NCBI GenBank assembly: GCA_029779695.1 | Contig: JAKPAB010000006.1 | Coordinates: 6,173-70,172 of the forward strand | Reading direction: 5' to 3' | Length of the DNA stretch: 64,000 nucleotides | Source: Bacillota bacterium | Lineage (GTDB): Bacteria > Bacillota > Clostridia > Lachnospirales > Lachnospiraceae | Shown here: positions 30,503-40,804 of the stretch, one piece after another | Position numbering within the stretch: position 1 is the first letter of the stretch | Layout: every line of letters begins with the position of its first letter | Made by a program: the position numbers and the translations under genes | The notes under the pieces: generated by a model | Told to the model about the DNA's origin: nothing | Database searches by the model: none | The model's input: only the letters and a program-made list of their open reading frames with translations

Positions 30503-30538
30503 TTGATAATAATATTTTAATACAATTATGGAGAAAAA

Positions 30539-31717
30539 ATGAATCAGATCGAATTAAAATATGGATGCAATCCCAATCAAAAGCCATCAAGAATATTTAT
30601 CGAGGATGGTGAACTTCCGGTTAAGGTCTTAAATGGAAAACCAGGGTATATTAATTTCCTCGATGCCTTAAACGGATGGCAGCTTGTCAGCGAGCTTAAA
30701 TCAGCTTCAGGAATTCCATCTGCAGCATCATTTAAGCATGTATCTCCAGCTGGTGCAGCAGTTGGAACTCCACTAAATGATATTGAAAAGAAGATATACT
30801 GGGTTTCTGACATGGATATGGAATTTTCACCACTTGCTTCTGCGTATGCTAAGGCTCGTGGAGCAGACAGAATGTCATCATTTGGAGATTTTATTGCACT
30901 ATCCGATATATGTGATGTTCCAACGGCAAAAATAATCAAAAGAGAAGTTTCTGATGGTGTGATAGCACCTGGTTATGAACCGGAAGCTTTGAATATTCTA
31001 CAGGAAAAGAAAAAAGGCAATTACAATGTAATTGAAATCGATCCTTCATACAAACCGATGCCTATTGAAAAAAAGCAGGTATTTGGTATTACGTTTGAGC
31101 AAGGAAGAAATGACAGAATAATAGATGAATCTTGCCTGAAAGAAATTGTAACGAAAAATAAAGATCTTCCCGAAAATGCAAAAATCGATTTATTAATTTC
31201 TCTGATCACGCTTAAATTCACGCAATCTAATTCTGTGTGCTATGCAAAAAACGGTCAGGCAATTGGAATCGGAGCAGGACAACAGTCTAGAATTCATTGT
31301 ACAAGATTAGCAGGAAATAAGGCAGATAACTGGTTTTTACGTCAGGCCGATAAGGTACTTTATCTTCCGTTTAGAGATGATGTGAAAAGAGCTGACAGGG
31401 ACAATGCTATTGATCTGTATATTGGAGAGGAAAGCGATGATCTGTTAATGGATGGCTTATGGGAAAAGGTTTTCACAAAAAGACCAGATCCATTTACCAG
31501 AGAAGAAAAAAGAAAATGGCTCGATAAAAATACAGGTGTAAGTCTTGGCTCTGATGCCTTTTTTCCTTTTGGAGATAATATCGAAAGAGCGTATAAAAGT
31601 GGCGTGTCATATGTAGCAGAACCTGGCGGTTCCATTAGAGATGACAATGTAATAGAAGCAGCAGACAAGCATAATATGACAATGGCATTTACAGGATTTA
31701 GATTGTTCCATCACTAA
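30539..31717 (+). CDS. purH: Phosphoribosylaminoimidazolecarboxamide (AICAR) formyltransferase, without the MGS-like IMP cyclohydrolase domain
   Basis: LKYGCNPNQ..., SFKHVSPAGAA, GIGAGQQSRIHC and GSIRD...FTGFRLFHH all match the PurH C-terminal AICARFT domain. At 392 aa it is too short for bifunctional PurH. Confidence 0.9.
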   Translation: MNQIELKYGCNPNQKPSRIFIEDGELPVKVLNGKPGYINFLDALNGWQLVSELKSASGIPSAASFKHVSPAGAAVGTPLNDIEKKIYWVSDMDMEFSPLASAYAKARGADRMSSFGDFIALSDICDVPTAKIIKREVSDGVIAPGYEPEALNILQEKKKGNYNVIEIDPSYKPMPIEKKQVFGITFEQGRNDRIIDESCLKEIVTKNKDLPENAKIDLLISLITLKFTQSNSVCYAKNGQAIGIGAGQQSRIHCTRLAGNKADNWFLRQADKVLYLPFRDDVKRADRDNAIDLYIGEESDDLLMDGLWEKVFTKRPDPFTREEKRKWLDKNTGVSLGSDAFFPFGDNIERAYKSGVSYVAEPGGSIRDDNVIEAADKHNMTMAFTGFRLFHH

Positions 31718-31721
31718 AATC

Positions 31722-32969
31722 TTATATTTTTACAGGATACTTGGCTTGGAATTCATTTGGAATGGAATTTTTGCTTTTTATTATTGCAGATGCTCTCCAG
31801 ATCTCTGATATTTTATTACTGTAAATAAACTGCTTTTGAGCAAATCCGGTCAAAAGCAGTGAGTCATGGGCAGGGTTAACCACAAGAGGAACAGATGCGT
31901 TCTTTTTCATTAGAGATAAAAGATCAGATGCCTCTTTTTTGAAACCTAGTATTCTGATGTAGTCAGGGTAATCAGGCCTCATACATCCTATGTCAGCTTT
32001 TACATCATTGTCAAACCTAAGCAGAATGCTTAAAAGGACCCTTGAGACAGTTGAGTAAGTTATATTTTTAGTCTTAACCTTTTCAATAAAATCAATTGGG
32101 CTATTATATGTTGATGCAAGGTTTTTGATCCTATTAATTAAATCGGAGTTGTTATAGTTGTTTTGTAATGTGAGAATATTAGTGAGAAGTAAAGTGCTAA
32201 AATCATCCCATGTCAAAAATCTGTTTTCCTGAAGTTCATTTATGATGATCCGGGCTACAGAATAAGGCATAACATTTTCAAGATCGGAAAAATCTCTTAA
32301 AAATGGATGATTTATATTTTCCTTTATATATTTTCTGATACTTTCTGCTGAATATGAGAGGACGGATGATTCATGATAATCACCGCCTTCTCTTTTTATT
32401 GGAAAGGGAATAATGTCAGCTTTATTTTTTATGGTAGCGATACAATAGTCTAGACCCAAAATATTATTAGGACTACTTGTAAAATCGGTGATTCTGCTAA
32501 AGTCTTTATTATCCTTTAAAAGTGCAGATAAGGCTTCACTTCTTGCCTTGGGAAACGTCATTCCCTGGCTCTGGTTTTCTTTTAAAAGCTCAATATAATC
32601 TGAAGGTTCCTTATATATATAATCTGCTATTTTTTCAAACATATTTATATCATTGTTTTCAGCCCCAAATACGAAATGAGTTGCAACTCCTGTTTTCTTT
32701 ATAGTTTTAATTGCAACTTCGGAAAAAATTTGAGAAGTTGAGATACAACCATAAAATGGAAGCTCAATAACCATGTCATATCCAGCTGACAGTGCAGCCA
32801 TTGTCCGGGCATATTTTGAAAATAGAGCAGGCTCACCACGCTGGACATAGTTCCCACTCATAATAGCAACACAATAATCAGCCTTAAGATTTTCTTTTGA
32901 AAAATCAAGCGGTTTAAGATGCCCGTTGTGGAAAGGATTAAACTCAGATATTACGAAGGAAATGATCAT
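31722..32969 (-). CDS. tmcAL: tRNA(Met) cytidine acetate ligase (YlbM/UPF0348 nucleotidyltransferase)
   Basis: N-terminal EFNPFHNGH (HxGH nucleotidyltransferase motif). Length and layout match YlbM. GGAG sits 7 nt before ATG at 32969 (the track's TTG at 32981 is less likely). Confidence 0.8.
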   Translation of the reverse strand: MIISFVISEFNPFHNGHLKPLDFSKENLKADYCVAIMSGNYVQRGEPALFSKYARTMAALSAGYDMVIELPFYGCISTSQIFSEVAIKTIKKTGVATHFVFGAENNDINMFEKIADYIYKEPSDYIELLKENQSQGMTFPKARSEALSALLKDNKDFSRITDFTSSPNNILGLDYCIATIKNKADIIPFPIKREGGDYHESSVLSYSAESIRKYIKENINHPFLRDFSDLENVMPYSVARIIINELQENRFLTWDDFSTLLLTNILTLQNNYNNSDLINRIKNLASTYNSPIDFIEKVKTKNITYSTVSRVLLSILLRFDNDVKADIGCMRPDYPDYIRILGFKKEASDLLSLMKKNASVPLVVNPAHDSLLLTGFAQKQFIYSNKISEIWRASAIIKSKNSIPNEFQAKYPVKI

Positions 32970-33003
32970 TTTTATCTCCAATTAATGTTTTGATTTTTAG
33001 ACT

Positions 33004-33032
33004 TTGTAAACTATAGCATTATCTAGTATAAT
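33004..33032 (+). promoter_or_regulatory. Putative sigma-A promoter of ackA (TTGTAA-17 nt-TATAAT)
   Basis: Hexamers at 33004-33009 and 33027-33032. Confidence 0.45.
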
Positions 33033-33073
33033 AACAAATGTTTGAGAAAAAAACACGAAAAGAGGATATTAAA

Positions 33074-34279
33074 ATGGACATTTTAGTTATCAACTGTGGT
33101 AGTTCATCACTTAAATACCAGGTTATTAACTCTGATACAGAAAAGGTTCTGGCTAAGGGAATATGTGAGAGAATCGGTGCTGGCGGAGTGTTAAAATACA
33201 GACCTGCAGGCGGAGAAGAGGAAGTATACGATTATGATATGCCGACTCATACTGAAGCGGTTAAGTTTGTTCTTGACTCCCTTGTTAATGAGAAAACAGG
33301 TGTATTAAAGAGTCTTTCTGATATTGATGCTGTTGGACATAGGATAGTACATGGCGGAGAAGCATTTAACAAGGCTATTCTTATTACAGAGGATGTGATC
33401 AAGGCAGTTGAGGAGTGCAATGATCTTGCACCACTTCATAATCCTGCCAATATCATCGGAATAAGAGCTTGCCAGAAGGTTATGCCTGGAATACCTATGG
33501 TTGGAGTTTTTGATACAGCGTTCCATGCAACAATGCCTAAAAAGGCATATCTATATGGAATACCTAATGAATATTATAAAAAAGATAAACTTCGTCGCTA
33601 TGGATTCCATGGTACAAGCCATAGCTTCGTATCAAAAAAAGCTGCTGAACTTGTAGGCAAACCATATGACAAGTGTCGCACCATAGTTTGTCATTTGGGA
33701 AATGGTGCAAGTATATGTGCAGTTGAAAATGGTAAGTCTGTTGATACGTCTATGGGATTATCTCCTCTAGAGGGCCTGATAATGGGCACTCGTTCAGGCG
33801 ACATTGATCCTTCTGTGATCCAGTATATTGCAAATCATTACAATAAATCTTTGAATGAGGTAATTACGATCCTTAACAAGGAATCCGGAGTTCTGGGAAT
33901 GTCCGGAATATCATCTGATTTTAGAGACATTACCAAGGCAATGCAAGAGGGCGATGAACAGGCCAAAGCTACACTTGAAGCTTATTGCTACAGAGTAGCG
34001 AAATATATCGGTTCTTATATCACAGCAATGCATGGAGTTGATGTAGTAGCATTTACAGCTGGTATTGGCGAAAACAATAGTTATATCAGAAAATTTGTTA
34101 CTGAATATTTTGATTTTCTTGGTGTTAAGGTTGATGAGAAGGCCAATGAGCCTATGCATATTTCAGATGATACACTTATAACAACTTCTGACTCTAAGAT
34201 TCCGTTCTATGTTATACCTACAGATGAGGAACTTTCTATTGCCAGACAGACTGTAGATGTACTCGATGGAAACAAATAA
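33074..34279 (+). CDS. ackA: Acetate kinase
   Basis: ILVINCGSSSLKYQ, GHRIVHGG, FHGTSH and TAGIGEN motifs. AGAGGA RBS before ATG 33074. Confidence 0.95.
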   Translation: MDILVINCGSSSLKYQVINSDTEKVLAKGICERIGAGGVLKYRPAGGEEEVYDYDMPTHTEAVKFVLDSLVNEKTGVLKSLSDIDAVGHRIVHGGEAFNKAILITEDVIKAVEECNDLAPLHNPANIIGIRACQKVMPGIPMVGVFDTAFHATMPKKAYLYGIPNEYYKKDKLRRYGFHGTSHSFVSKKAAELVGKPYDKCRTIVCHLGNGASICAVENGKSVDTSMGLSPLEGLIMGTRSGDIDPSVIQYIANHYNKSLNEVITILNKESGVLGMSGISSDFRDITKAMQEGDEQAKATLEAYCYRVAKYIGSYITAMHGVDVVAFTAGIGENNSYIRKFVTEYFDFLGVKVDEKANEPMHISDDTLITTSDSKIPFYVIPTDEELSIARQTVDVLDGNK

Positions 34280-34308
34280 TGTATTGTTACAATATACCTA
34301 AATTACTA

Positions 34309-34336
34309 TTGACAATGCTTAATTATATTGTATAAT
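34309..34336 (+). promoter_or_regulatory. Putative sigma-A promoter of yceD-rpmF (TTGACA-16 nt-TATAAT)
   Basis: Consensus hexamers at 34309-34314 and 34331-34336. Confidence 0.5.
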
Positions 34337-34362
34337 CAACTAAGTGTGGATTGGAGAAGAAC

Positions 34363-34890
34363 GTGATTATTGATCTAAGTGATTTACTGAAGAATATTGA
34401 TAAGAAATCTTTGATTGCTGCTTCAGTGGATTTTGATGAGATTGACAATGGCGCATCGTCCTTTAAAGTCAATATGCCGGATGTTATTGATGTTACAATC
34501 ATTAATGATGGCGGAAGGAGACTTGGGATTTCTCTTAATGCTACTGCTAATGTCATTATTCCATGTGATAGGTGTTTAACTCCTGTCGAGAATACAATTG
34601 ATATTTCAGTTAATGAAGAGTATAGGATCAGCAACGGAGAATTGATTTTCGAAGCTGATGACGATGAGATAACATTCATTGAGAATGATCTGCTTGATGT
34701 AGACAAGCTTCTTTGTGAGTGGATACTTCTTTCGTGGCCAACAAAGGTTTTATGCAGAGATGATTGCAAGGGTATTTGCCCTGTATGTGGTCAGAATCTG
34801 AACGAACGGGACTGCGGCTGTGACAGAGAAGTTCCGGATCCCCGTAGTCAAATGTTTCGTGATTTATTAGAAAATTTTAAGGAGGTGTAA
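34363..34890 (+). CDS. yceD: DUF177 / YceD-family protein (23S rRNA accumulation protein, YlbN-like)
   Basis: C-terminal Cys cluster CRDDCKGICPVCGQNLNERDCGC. Conserved pairing immediately upstream of rpmF. GGAG sits 6 nt before GTG 34363. Confidence 0.8.
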   Translation: MIIDLSDLLKNIDKKSLIAASVDFDEIDNGASSFKVNMPDVIDVTIINDGGRRLGISLNATANVIIPCDRCLTPVENTIDISVNEEYRISNGELIFEADDDEITFIENDLLDVDKLLCEWILLSWPTKVLCRDDCKGICPVCGQNLNERDCGCDREVPDPRSQMFRDLLENFKEV

Positions 34891-34893
34891 ATT

Positions 34894-35073
34894 ATGTCCA
34901 TTTGCCCTAAGAATAAATCATCCAAGGGAAGAAGAGACAAGAGAAGAGCTAACTGGAAGATGTCTGCTCCAACTCTTGTACGTTGTAGCAAATGTGGAGC
35001 TCTTATGATGCCTCACAGAGTATGCAAGAACTGTGGTTCTTACAACAAGCGTGAGATCGTATCCAAGGATTGA
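34894..35073 (+). CDS. rpmF: 50S ribosomal protein L32 (59 aa; absent from the ORF track because it is under 60 aa)
   Basis: Translation: MSICPKNKSSKGRRDKRRANWKMSAPTLVRCSKCGALMMPHRVCKNCGSYNKREIVSKD. GGAGG RBS at 34881-34885. CxxC...CxxC zinc ribbon. Confidence 0.92.
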   Translation: MSICPKNKSSKGRRDKRRANWKMSAPTLVRCSKCGALMMPHRVCKNCGSYNKREIVSKD

Positions 35074-35089
35074 TAACAAAAACGCTTAA

Positions 35090-35122
35090 GAGCCTTCGCA
35101 ATATTGCGAAGGTTCTTTTTTT
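35090..35122 (+). terminator. Rho-independent terminator after rpmF
   Basis: GAGCCTTCGCA-ATAT-TGCGAAGGTTC (11 bp, one G-U pair) followed by T7. Confidence 0.8.
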
Positions 35123-35189
35123 CTTTACTTATTTTTTCTTATATAGTATTATGCTTTGATATAATGAAAAATCGAAAAGAGGTTATTTT

Positions 35190-36200
35190 ATGAGAGAGAA
35201 AACGGTTGTAGCTCTTGATTGTATGGGTGGAGACAATGCTCCAGGTGAAATAGTCAAGGGAGCTGTAGATGCTGTTTCAAAATCTGATGCGGTTAAGGTC
35301 ATGCTTTTTGGCACAGAAGATAAAATAGTTTCTGAACTTTCTAAGTATAATTATGACAAGGATAGACTTGAAGTTATACCAACTACTGAAATCATCGAGA
35401 CTTTTGAGCATCCGGTCAAGGCCATTACCAGAAAGAAAAATTCTTCAATGGTAAGAGCTTTGGAGGCAGTCAAGAATAAAGAGGCTGATGCGGTTGTGTC
35501 TGCAGGTAATTCTGGAGCACTTTTAGCCGGAGGCCAGTTAAGAGTTGGTAGGATCAAGGGCGTTTTGAGATCTCCATTTGCTCCACTTATACCTACTGAA
35601 AAGGGACCTGCACTTTTAGTGGACTCTGGTGCCAATGTAGATAGTAAGCCAGAATGGCTTGTTCAGTTTGCGGTAATGGGTTCTGTCTATATGAAGGATA
35701 TTATGAAGATCGATAACCCAAGGGTTGCGATTGTTAATGTTGGCGCAGAGGAAGAAAAAGGGAATTCTCTTGTAAAAGAGACATTCCCGCTGTTGAAGGC
35801 AAGAACGGATATTAATTTTATAGGTAGCATCGAAGCCAGAGAGATACCTGCTGGTTATGCAGATGTTATTGTGTGCGATGCATTTGTTGGCAATGTAATA
35901 CTCAAGATGTATGAGGGCGTTGCTAAGTCTTTTATGAAAATAATGAAAAAGGCTTTTACATCTAACATTAAAACAAAGATAGGAGCAGCTCTGTCAATCA
36001 AGGCATTAAAAGGCGAGCTAAAACGCTTTGATGTATCTGCTTATGGCGGTGCACCTATGCTTGGATTAAATGGTCTTGTTGTCAAGACTCATGGAAGTGC
36101 AACTTCAAAAGAGGTATGTACATCAATTTTACAATGTATAGATTTTAAAGAAATGAACATAAAGGAAACAATTACCGATAAACTTGGTTTAGATAAATAA
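35190..36200 (+). CDS. plsX: Phosphate acyltransferase PlsX
   Basis: ALDCMGGDNAP, SAGNSGA and GLNGLVVKTHGS motifs. Confidence 0.95.
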   Translation: MREKTVVALDCMGGDNAPGEIVKGAVDAVSKSDAVKVMLFGTEDKIVSELSKYNYDKDRLEVIPTTEIIETFEHPVKAITRKKNSSMVRALEAVKNKEADAVVSAGNSGALLAGGQLRVGRIKGVLRSPFAPLIPTEKGPALLVDSGANVDSKPEWLVQFAVMGSVYMKDIMKIDNPRVAIVNVGAEEEKGNSLVKETFPLLKARTDINFIGSIEAREIPAGYADVIVCDAFVGNVILKMYEGVAKSFMKIMKKAFTSNIKTKIGAALSIKALKGELKRFDVSAYGGAPMLGLNGLVVKTHGSATSKEVCTSILQCIDFKEMNIKETITDKLGLDK

Positions 36201-36220
36201 TTATTTTTCAGGAGGGAAAA

Positions 36221-36454
36221 ATGGAATTTGATGTTTTAAAGAAAAGTATAGCTGAAGTACTGTCAGTTGATCCGGATGAGATCACACCTGAGTCAACATT
36301 TGAAGGAGATCTTGGAGCAGATTCATTAGACTTGTATCAGATTCTTCTTGATGTTCAGGATCAGCTTGAGATTGAGGTTGATGCAGAAGAAGCAACTAAC
36401 GTTAAAACTGTTCAGGATGCACTTGATCTTATACAGGATACTGTTAATGACTGA
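36221..36454 (+). CDS. acpP: Acyl carrier protein
   Basis: 77-aa acidic protein with the phosphopantetheine site LGADSLD. Confidence 0.9.
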   Translation: MEFDVLKKSIAEVLSVDPDEITPESTFEGDLGADSLDLYQILLDVQDQLEIEVDAEEATNVKTVQDALDLIQDTVND

Positions 36455-36499
36455 TTAAAGTCAGTTTGATTTTGGCGGGGGATACCCGTTTCGGAGAAA

Positions 36500-36523
36500 C
36501 CCTTTCCTTGGAAAGGGCTTTTT
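36500..36523 (+). terminator. Stem-loop with T-run after acpP
   Basis: CCCTTTC-CTTG-GAAAGGG followed by CTTTTT. Confidence 0.55.
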
Positions 36524-36541
36524 CTACGAAGGGAGATTGTT

Positions 36542-37231
36542 TTGACTGATTGGGAACAATTGGAAAATAAAATCGGTTACAAGTTTAATAATGTTGAGCT
36601 GATGATTCAGGCAATGACACACAGCTCGTTTGCAAATAATCATCATATGAAGCCTCATTCTGATAATGAGAGATTGGAATTTTTGGGTGATGCGGTTCTG
36701 GAGGTTACTTCCAGCGAATTCTTATATAATGGATTTCCGGACTATACAGAAGGAGACCTAAGCAAGCTTAGAGCTAGCCTTGTATGCGAACCGACACTTT
36801 CATATTGCTCTGATGAAATAGATATTGAGAGATATATTAGATTGTCATCAGGTGAAGAAAAGACAGGCGGAAGAAAGAGAAAATCCATTAAATCAGATGC
36901 GATGGAAGCTCTTATAGGCGCAATTTATCTCGATGGTGGAATGGAATCTGCCAAGGAGTTTATACTTAAATTTATCCTGACTGATATAGAAAATAAAACA
37001 CTGTATCATGATTGCAAAACTGCACTTCAGGAAATTGTTCAGTCCAAACATGGTGATAGACTTGAGTATGAACTTGTTAATGAAGATGGCCCTGATCATG
37101 CAAAAGTCTTTTATGTTGAAGCACGAATCGGGAAACAGATTATTGGCTATGGCTCTGGTTCATCAAAAAAAGCAGCTGAGCAGGAAGCTGCTTTGCAGGG
37201 AATACGCTACTTCAAAAAGATAGGTGACTAA
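36542..37231 (+). CDS. rnc: Ribonuclease III
   Basis: RNase III signature ERLEFLGDAVL and a C-terminal dsRBD (...GSGSSKKAAEQEAA). TTG start. Confidence 0.95.
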   Translation: MTDWEQLENKIGYKFNNVELMIQAMTHSSFANNHHMKPHSDNERLEFLGDAVLEVTSSEFLYNGFPDYTEGDLSKLRASLVCEPTLSYCSDEIDIERYIRLSSGEEKTGGRKRKSIKSDAMEALIGAIYLDGGMESAKEFILKFILTDIENKTLYHDCKTALQEIVQSKHGDRLEYELVNEDGPDHAKVFYVEARIGKQIIGYGSGSSKKAAEQEAALQGIRYFKKIGD

Positions 37232-40200
37232 ATGTATTTAAAAAGTATTGAAATGCAAGGCTTTAAGTCTTTTGCCAATAAAATAGTTCTTGAATTTCAT
37301 AATGGAATAACTGGAATTGTGGGTCCTAATGGCAGCGGTAAGAGTAACGTTGCTGATGCTGTAAGATGGGTTCTGGGTGAACAGAGTGCTAAGCAGCTTC
37401 GTGGCGCCAGTATGCAGGATATTATTTTTGCCGGAACTGAGAATAGACGTCCGCTGGGATTTGCATATGTAGCCATTACAATGGACAATTCTGATCATGC
37501 TCTTCCTGTGGATTTTAAGGAAGTCACTGTATCTAGACGTGTATATAGGTCTGGCGAAAGTGAATATATGATTAATCAGTCTCCTTGCAGATTGAGAGAT
37601 GTTCAGGAACTTTTTTACGACACAGGTGTCGGAAAAGAAGGATATTCTATAATTGGACAGGGACAGATCGATAGGATACTAAGTGGTAAGCCGGAAGAGA
37701 GACGTGAACTATTTGATGAAGCTGTTGGAATAGTAAAATATAAGAAAAGAAAAGAAACAGCTGAAAAAAAACTAGAGAGCGAACACGATAATCTCCTTCG
37801 TGTCAGCGATATACTTCGTGAGCTGGAAGAACGTGTTGAACCACTGGAAAAACAGTCGGAAACAGCTAGAAACTATCTTCGTCTCAAAGAAGAACTAAAG
37901 AAACTTGATGTTAATTATTACTTGAATGAAGTTACAAGGATCGAACAGGATAAGGAATCAACCAAATCTAATGCTGAAGTGATCCAGCGTGATCTTGAAG
38001 ATAGAAAAGCATCTCTTGATAAGATTAAAAAAGAACATGGTGATCTTGAAGAAATGCTTACCGTTGCAGGTGAGAAGATAGAAGAATATCGTCTCGAGGA
38101 AAATGAACTTTTAGAGGAAAAAAATAAGTATTTAAATCAAATATCGATTCTCGAAGAGCAGATCAAATCTGCAGATGTCAATGGTGCAGATATTGGAGAG
38201 AGAAAGAAGAATCTTTTCCAGGAACAAGAAGAGAAAAAAAAGCAAAGAGAACAGTCTCTTGCTGATAAAAATGACAATCATAAAGAGTTGGAAAAAATCA
38301 GAATCAGATTAAAAGAGGCATCTGATTCCAAGAATGTATATGATTTAAAGATCCAAAATATTAATGATACAGTATCCAAAGATCAGGAAGAACTTGTAGA
38401 ACTTCTAAAAAATACCGCTTCGGTAAAATCAGAAGAACAGAAATTCAATACTATGAAGGAACAGGCTAACATTAAAAAAGCCTCCCTTGTACAAAAATTG
38501 ATTGAAAAGAGAGGAAAAGAAGAGAGCTTCAAATCTGATAAAGAAAATAAAGAAAAAGCATTAAAAAATGCAAATGAAGAATACCTCAAAATTCTTGCCA
38601 ATGAGAAGATAGCGGCTGAAAAGGCTGAAGAGTGGGAAGAGAAGAGGAAGAGTCTTTCGGTATCTTTAAATGAAAAAAAGAGTAGATTTGAAACAATCAA
38701 AGCCAGCTTGAATGCTCTTTCTAACATGGCAGAACGCTATGAAGGTTTCGGCGGAAGTATAAAGAGCGTAATGGAAAATAAAAATTCAGAACCTGGACTT
38801 ATAGGTGTAGTTTCTGATCTTATTTCTGTTGACAAAAAATATGAAATTGCTATTGAAACTGCGCTTGGTGGTAATATACAAAATATCGTCACTGAAGATG
38901 AAGGAACCGCAAAGAGGATGATCGCATTTCTCAAGGATAATAAGCTAGGAAGAGCTACCTTCCTTCCGATTACTAATGTTCATCCCAAGGAAGACAGATT
39001 CACAAATGGTGAATTAAATGAAAGTGGAGTTATTGGCGTTGCATCTGACATTATAGAATGTGACGAAAAATACTCAGATGTAACAAAATATCTTCTTGGA
39101 AGAGTTCTTGTGATGGAAGACCTGGACAGTGCACTTAGATTTTCAAAAAAGAATGGTCATAAAGAGCATATAGTTACACTTGATGGCGAATATTTAAGAC
39201 CAGGTGGATCCATTTCCGGTGGACGTTTTAGAGATAAAAACAATCTACTCGGAAGGACTAGAAGAATAGATCAACTTAAGACTGAAATGAAGGAACTGAC
39301 AGAGGCCCTTGATGAAATAAAGTCTAAGTATGATTCTGCAGTTACAGCAGCAGCTCTTAATAAGGATGAATTAGATGAATTAAGGGGTAAGGCTAGAGAA
39401 ACAGCAGTAAGTCTTAATACAGCAAAAATGGAATTTGATCTTGCGGTTAAAAATCTTGCTGAACATCTTAAAAAAGCTAATTCTCTTGATGACGAGAAAC
39501 TTAGAATTGAAAAAGAATTAAAGGATATTGAATCTGGCAAGGAAGACGTCGCAAAACGAATAGCTGAATATGAGATCAGACAGGAAGAACTTAATTCTGA
39601 AATCATATCACTTCGAGAGGAACTCGATAGTACAAGGGGCAACGAACCTGAATTAGTTAGCCAGCTCTCAGCTATAAGAATAGAAGAGTCAAATGCTATT
39701 CAGAAAATGGCGTTTATCGAAGAAAATATCCAGCGTTTAGAAGATGAGATTAAAAAGAGTGAAGAGTCTATCGGTAAATTAGCTCTTGTATTTGATAACG
39801 CTAAAGAAGAGGTAGAAAAGAAAAAGGGCGAAATTGAGGATATAAAGAAGAAAATCCAAGAATCTGAAGATAAAAAGGTTGCCCTAGAAGAAAAGAGAAG
39901 ACAGAGCATTGAGGAAAAAGACAGAATCAATAATGAGTATAAGGGATTTTTTGATAAGAGCTCTGAAGTTACAGAAAATATCAATTCACTCGATAAGGAA
40001 TTGTACAAATTAAAGGCGCGATTCCAAAGATTAGAAGAGGAACTTGATTACCAGAATAATTACATGTGGGAAGAATATGAACTCACAAGACATTCTACCA
40101 TGGCATTAAAAGACGAGGAAATAATGGCTTCGGGAAGTATTAAAAAGGATATTTCCAACATTAAGGATTCAATCAGGGCTATGGGCAATGTCAATGTTAA

Positions 40201-40792
40201 TGCAATCGAAGAATATAAAGAAGTATCTGAAAGATATGAATTTCTAAAGACACAGCATGACGACCTAATAACAGCCGAAGAGTCTCTCCATAAGATTATT
40301 TCTGATCTTGATACAGGGATGAGAGAACAATTCAAAGAAGGGTTTAAGGATATTCAAAGAGAATTTGATAAGTCTTTTAAATCTTTATTTGGAGGAGGAA
40401 AGGGTACTCTTGAACTAGTTGAAGGGGAGGATCTCCTAGAGACAGGAATAGTAATTATAGCTCAGCCACCTGGCAAAAAACTGATAAATATGATGCAGAT
40501 GTCCGGTGGAGAGAAAGCACTTACGGCAATCGCTCTTCTCTTTGCAATTCAGCAGCTTAAGCCGTCTCCGTTCTGTCTTCTTGATGAGATTGAGGCTGCA
40601 TTGGATGACTCAAATGTAGACAGGTTTGCTCAGTACCTTAAGAAACTTACGAAGAATACGCAGTTCATAATAATCACGCATAGAAGAGGAACGATGAATG
40701 AAGCTGACAGACTCTATGGTATCACTATGCAGGAAAAGGGCGTTTCTGTTCTTGTATCAGTTAATCTTATCGAAAACCAGTTAGATTCATAA
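37232..40792 (+). CDS. smc: Chromosome partition protein Smc
   Basis: Walker A GPNGSGKSN, long coiled coils, hinge region, signature MSGGEKAL, Walker B LLDEIEAALD. Confidence 0.95.
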   Translation: MYLKSIEMQGFKSFANKIVLEFHNGITGIVGPNGSGKSNVADAVRWVLGEQSAKQLRGASMQDIIFAGTENRRPLGFAYVAITMDNSDHALPVDFKEVTVSRRVYRSGESEYMINQSPCRLRDVQELFYDTGVGKEGYSIIGQGQIDRILSGKPEERRELFDEAVGIVKYKKRKETAEKKLESEHDNLLRVSDILRELEERVEPLEKQSETARNYLRLKEELKKLDVNYYLNEVTRIEQDKESTKSNAEVIQRDLEDRKASLDKIKKEHGDLEEMLTVAGEKIEEYRLEENELLEEKNKYLNQISILEEQIKSADVNGADIGERKKNLFQEQEEKKKQREQSLADKNDNHKELEKIRIRLKEASDSKNVYDLKIQNINDTVSKDQEELVELLKNTASVKSEEQKFNTMKEQANIKKASLVQKLIEKRGKEESFKSDKENKEKALKNANEEYLKILANEKIAAEKAEEWEEKRKSLSVSLNEKKSRFETIKASLNALSNMAERYEGFGGSIKSVMENKNSEPGLIGVVSDLISVDKKYEIAIETALGGNIQNIVTEDEGTAKRMIAFLKDNKLGRATFLPITNVHPKEDRFTNGELNESGVIGVASDIIECDEKYSDVTKYLLGRVLVMEDLDSALRFSKKNGHKEHIVTLDGEYLRPGGSISGGRFRDKNNLLGRTRRIDQLKTEMKELTEALDEIKSKYDSAVTAAALNKDELDELRGKARETAVSLNTAKMEFDLAVKNLAEHLKKANSLDDEKLRIEKELKDIESGKEDVAKRIAEYEIRQEELNSEIISLREELDSTRGNEPELVSQLSAIRIEESNAIQKMAFIEENIQRLEDEIKKSEESIGKLALVFDNAKEEVEKKKGEIEDIKKKIQESEDKKVALEEKRRQSIEEKDRINNEYKGFFDKSSEVTENINSLDKELYKLKARFQRLEEELDYQNNYMWEEYELTRHSTMALKDEEIMASGSIKKDISNIKDSIRAMGNVNVNAIEEYKEVSERYEFLKTQHDDLITAEESLHKIISDLDTGMREQFKEGFKDIQREFDKSFKSLFGGGKGTLELVEGEDLLETGIVIIAQPPGKKLINMMQMSGGEKALTAIALLFAIQQLKPSPFCLLDEIEAALDDSNVDRFAQYLKKLTKNTQFIIITHRRGTMNEADRLYGITMQEKGVSVLVSVNLIENQLDS

Positions 40793-40804
40793 AGGGGTAT
40801 ATAA

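Noticed and set aside
34323-34769. 148-aa minus-strand ORF covering most of yceD
   Set aside because: The + strand frame carries the DUF177 Cys cluster and conserved coupling to rpmF. The antisense product is Ser/Leu/Ile-rich with no motifs.
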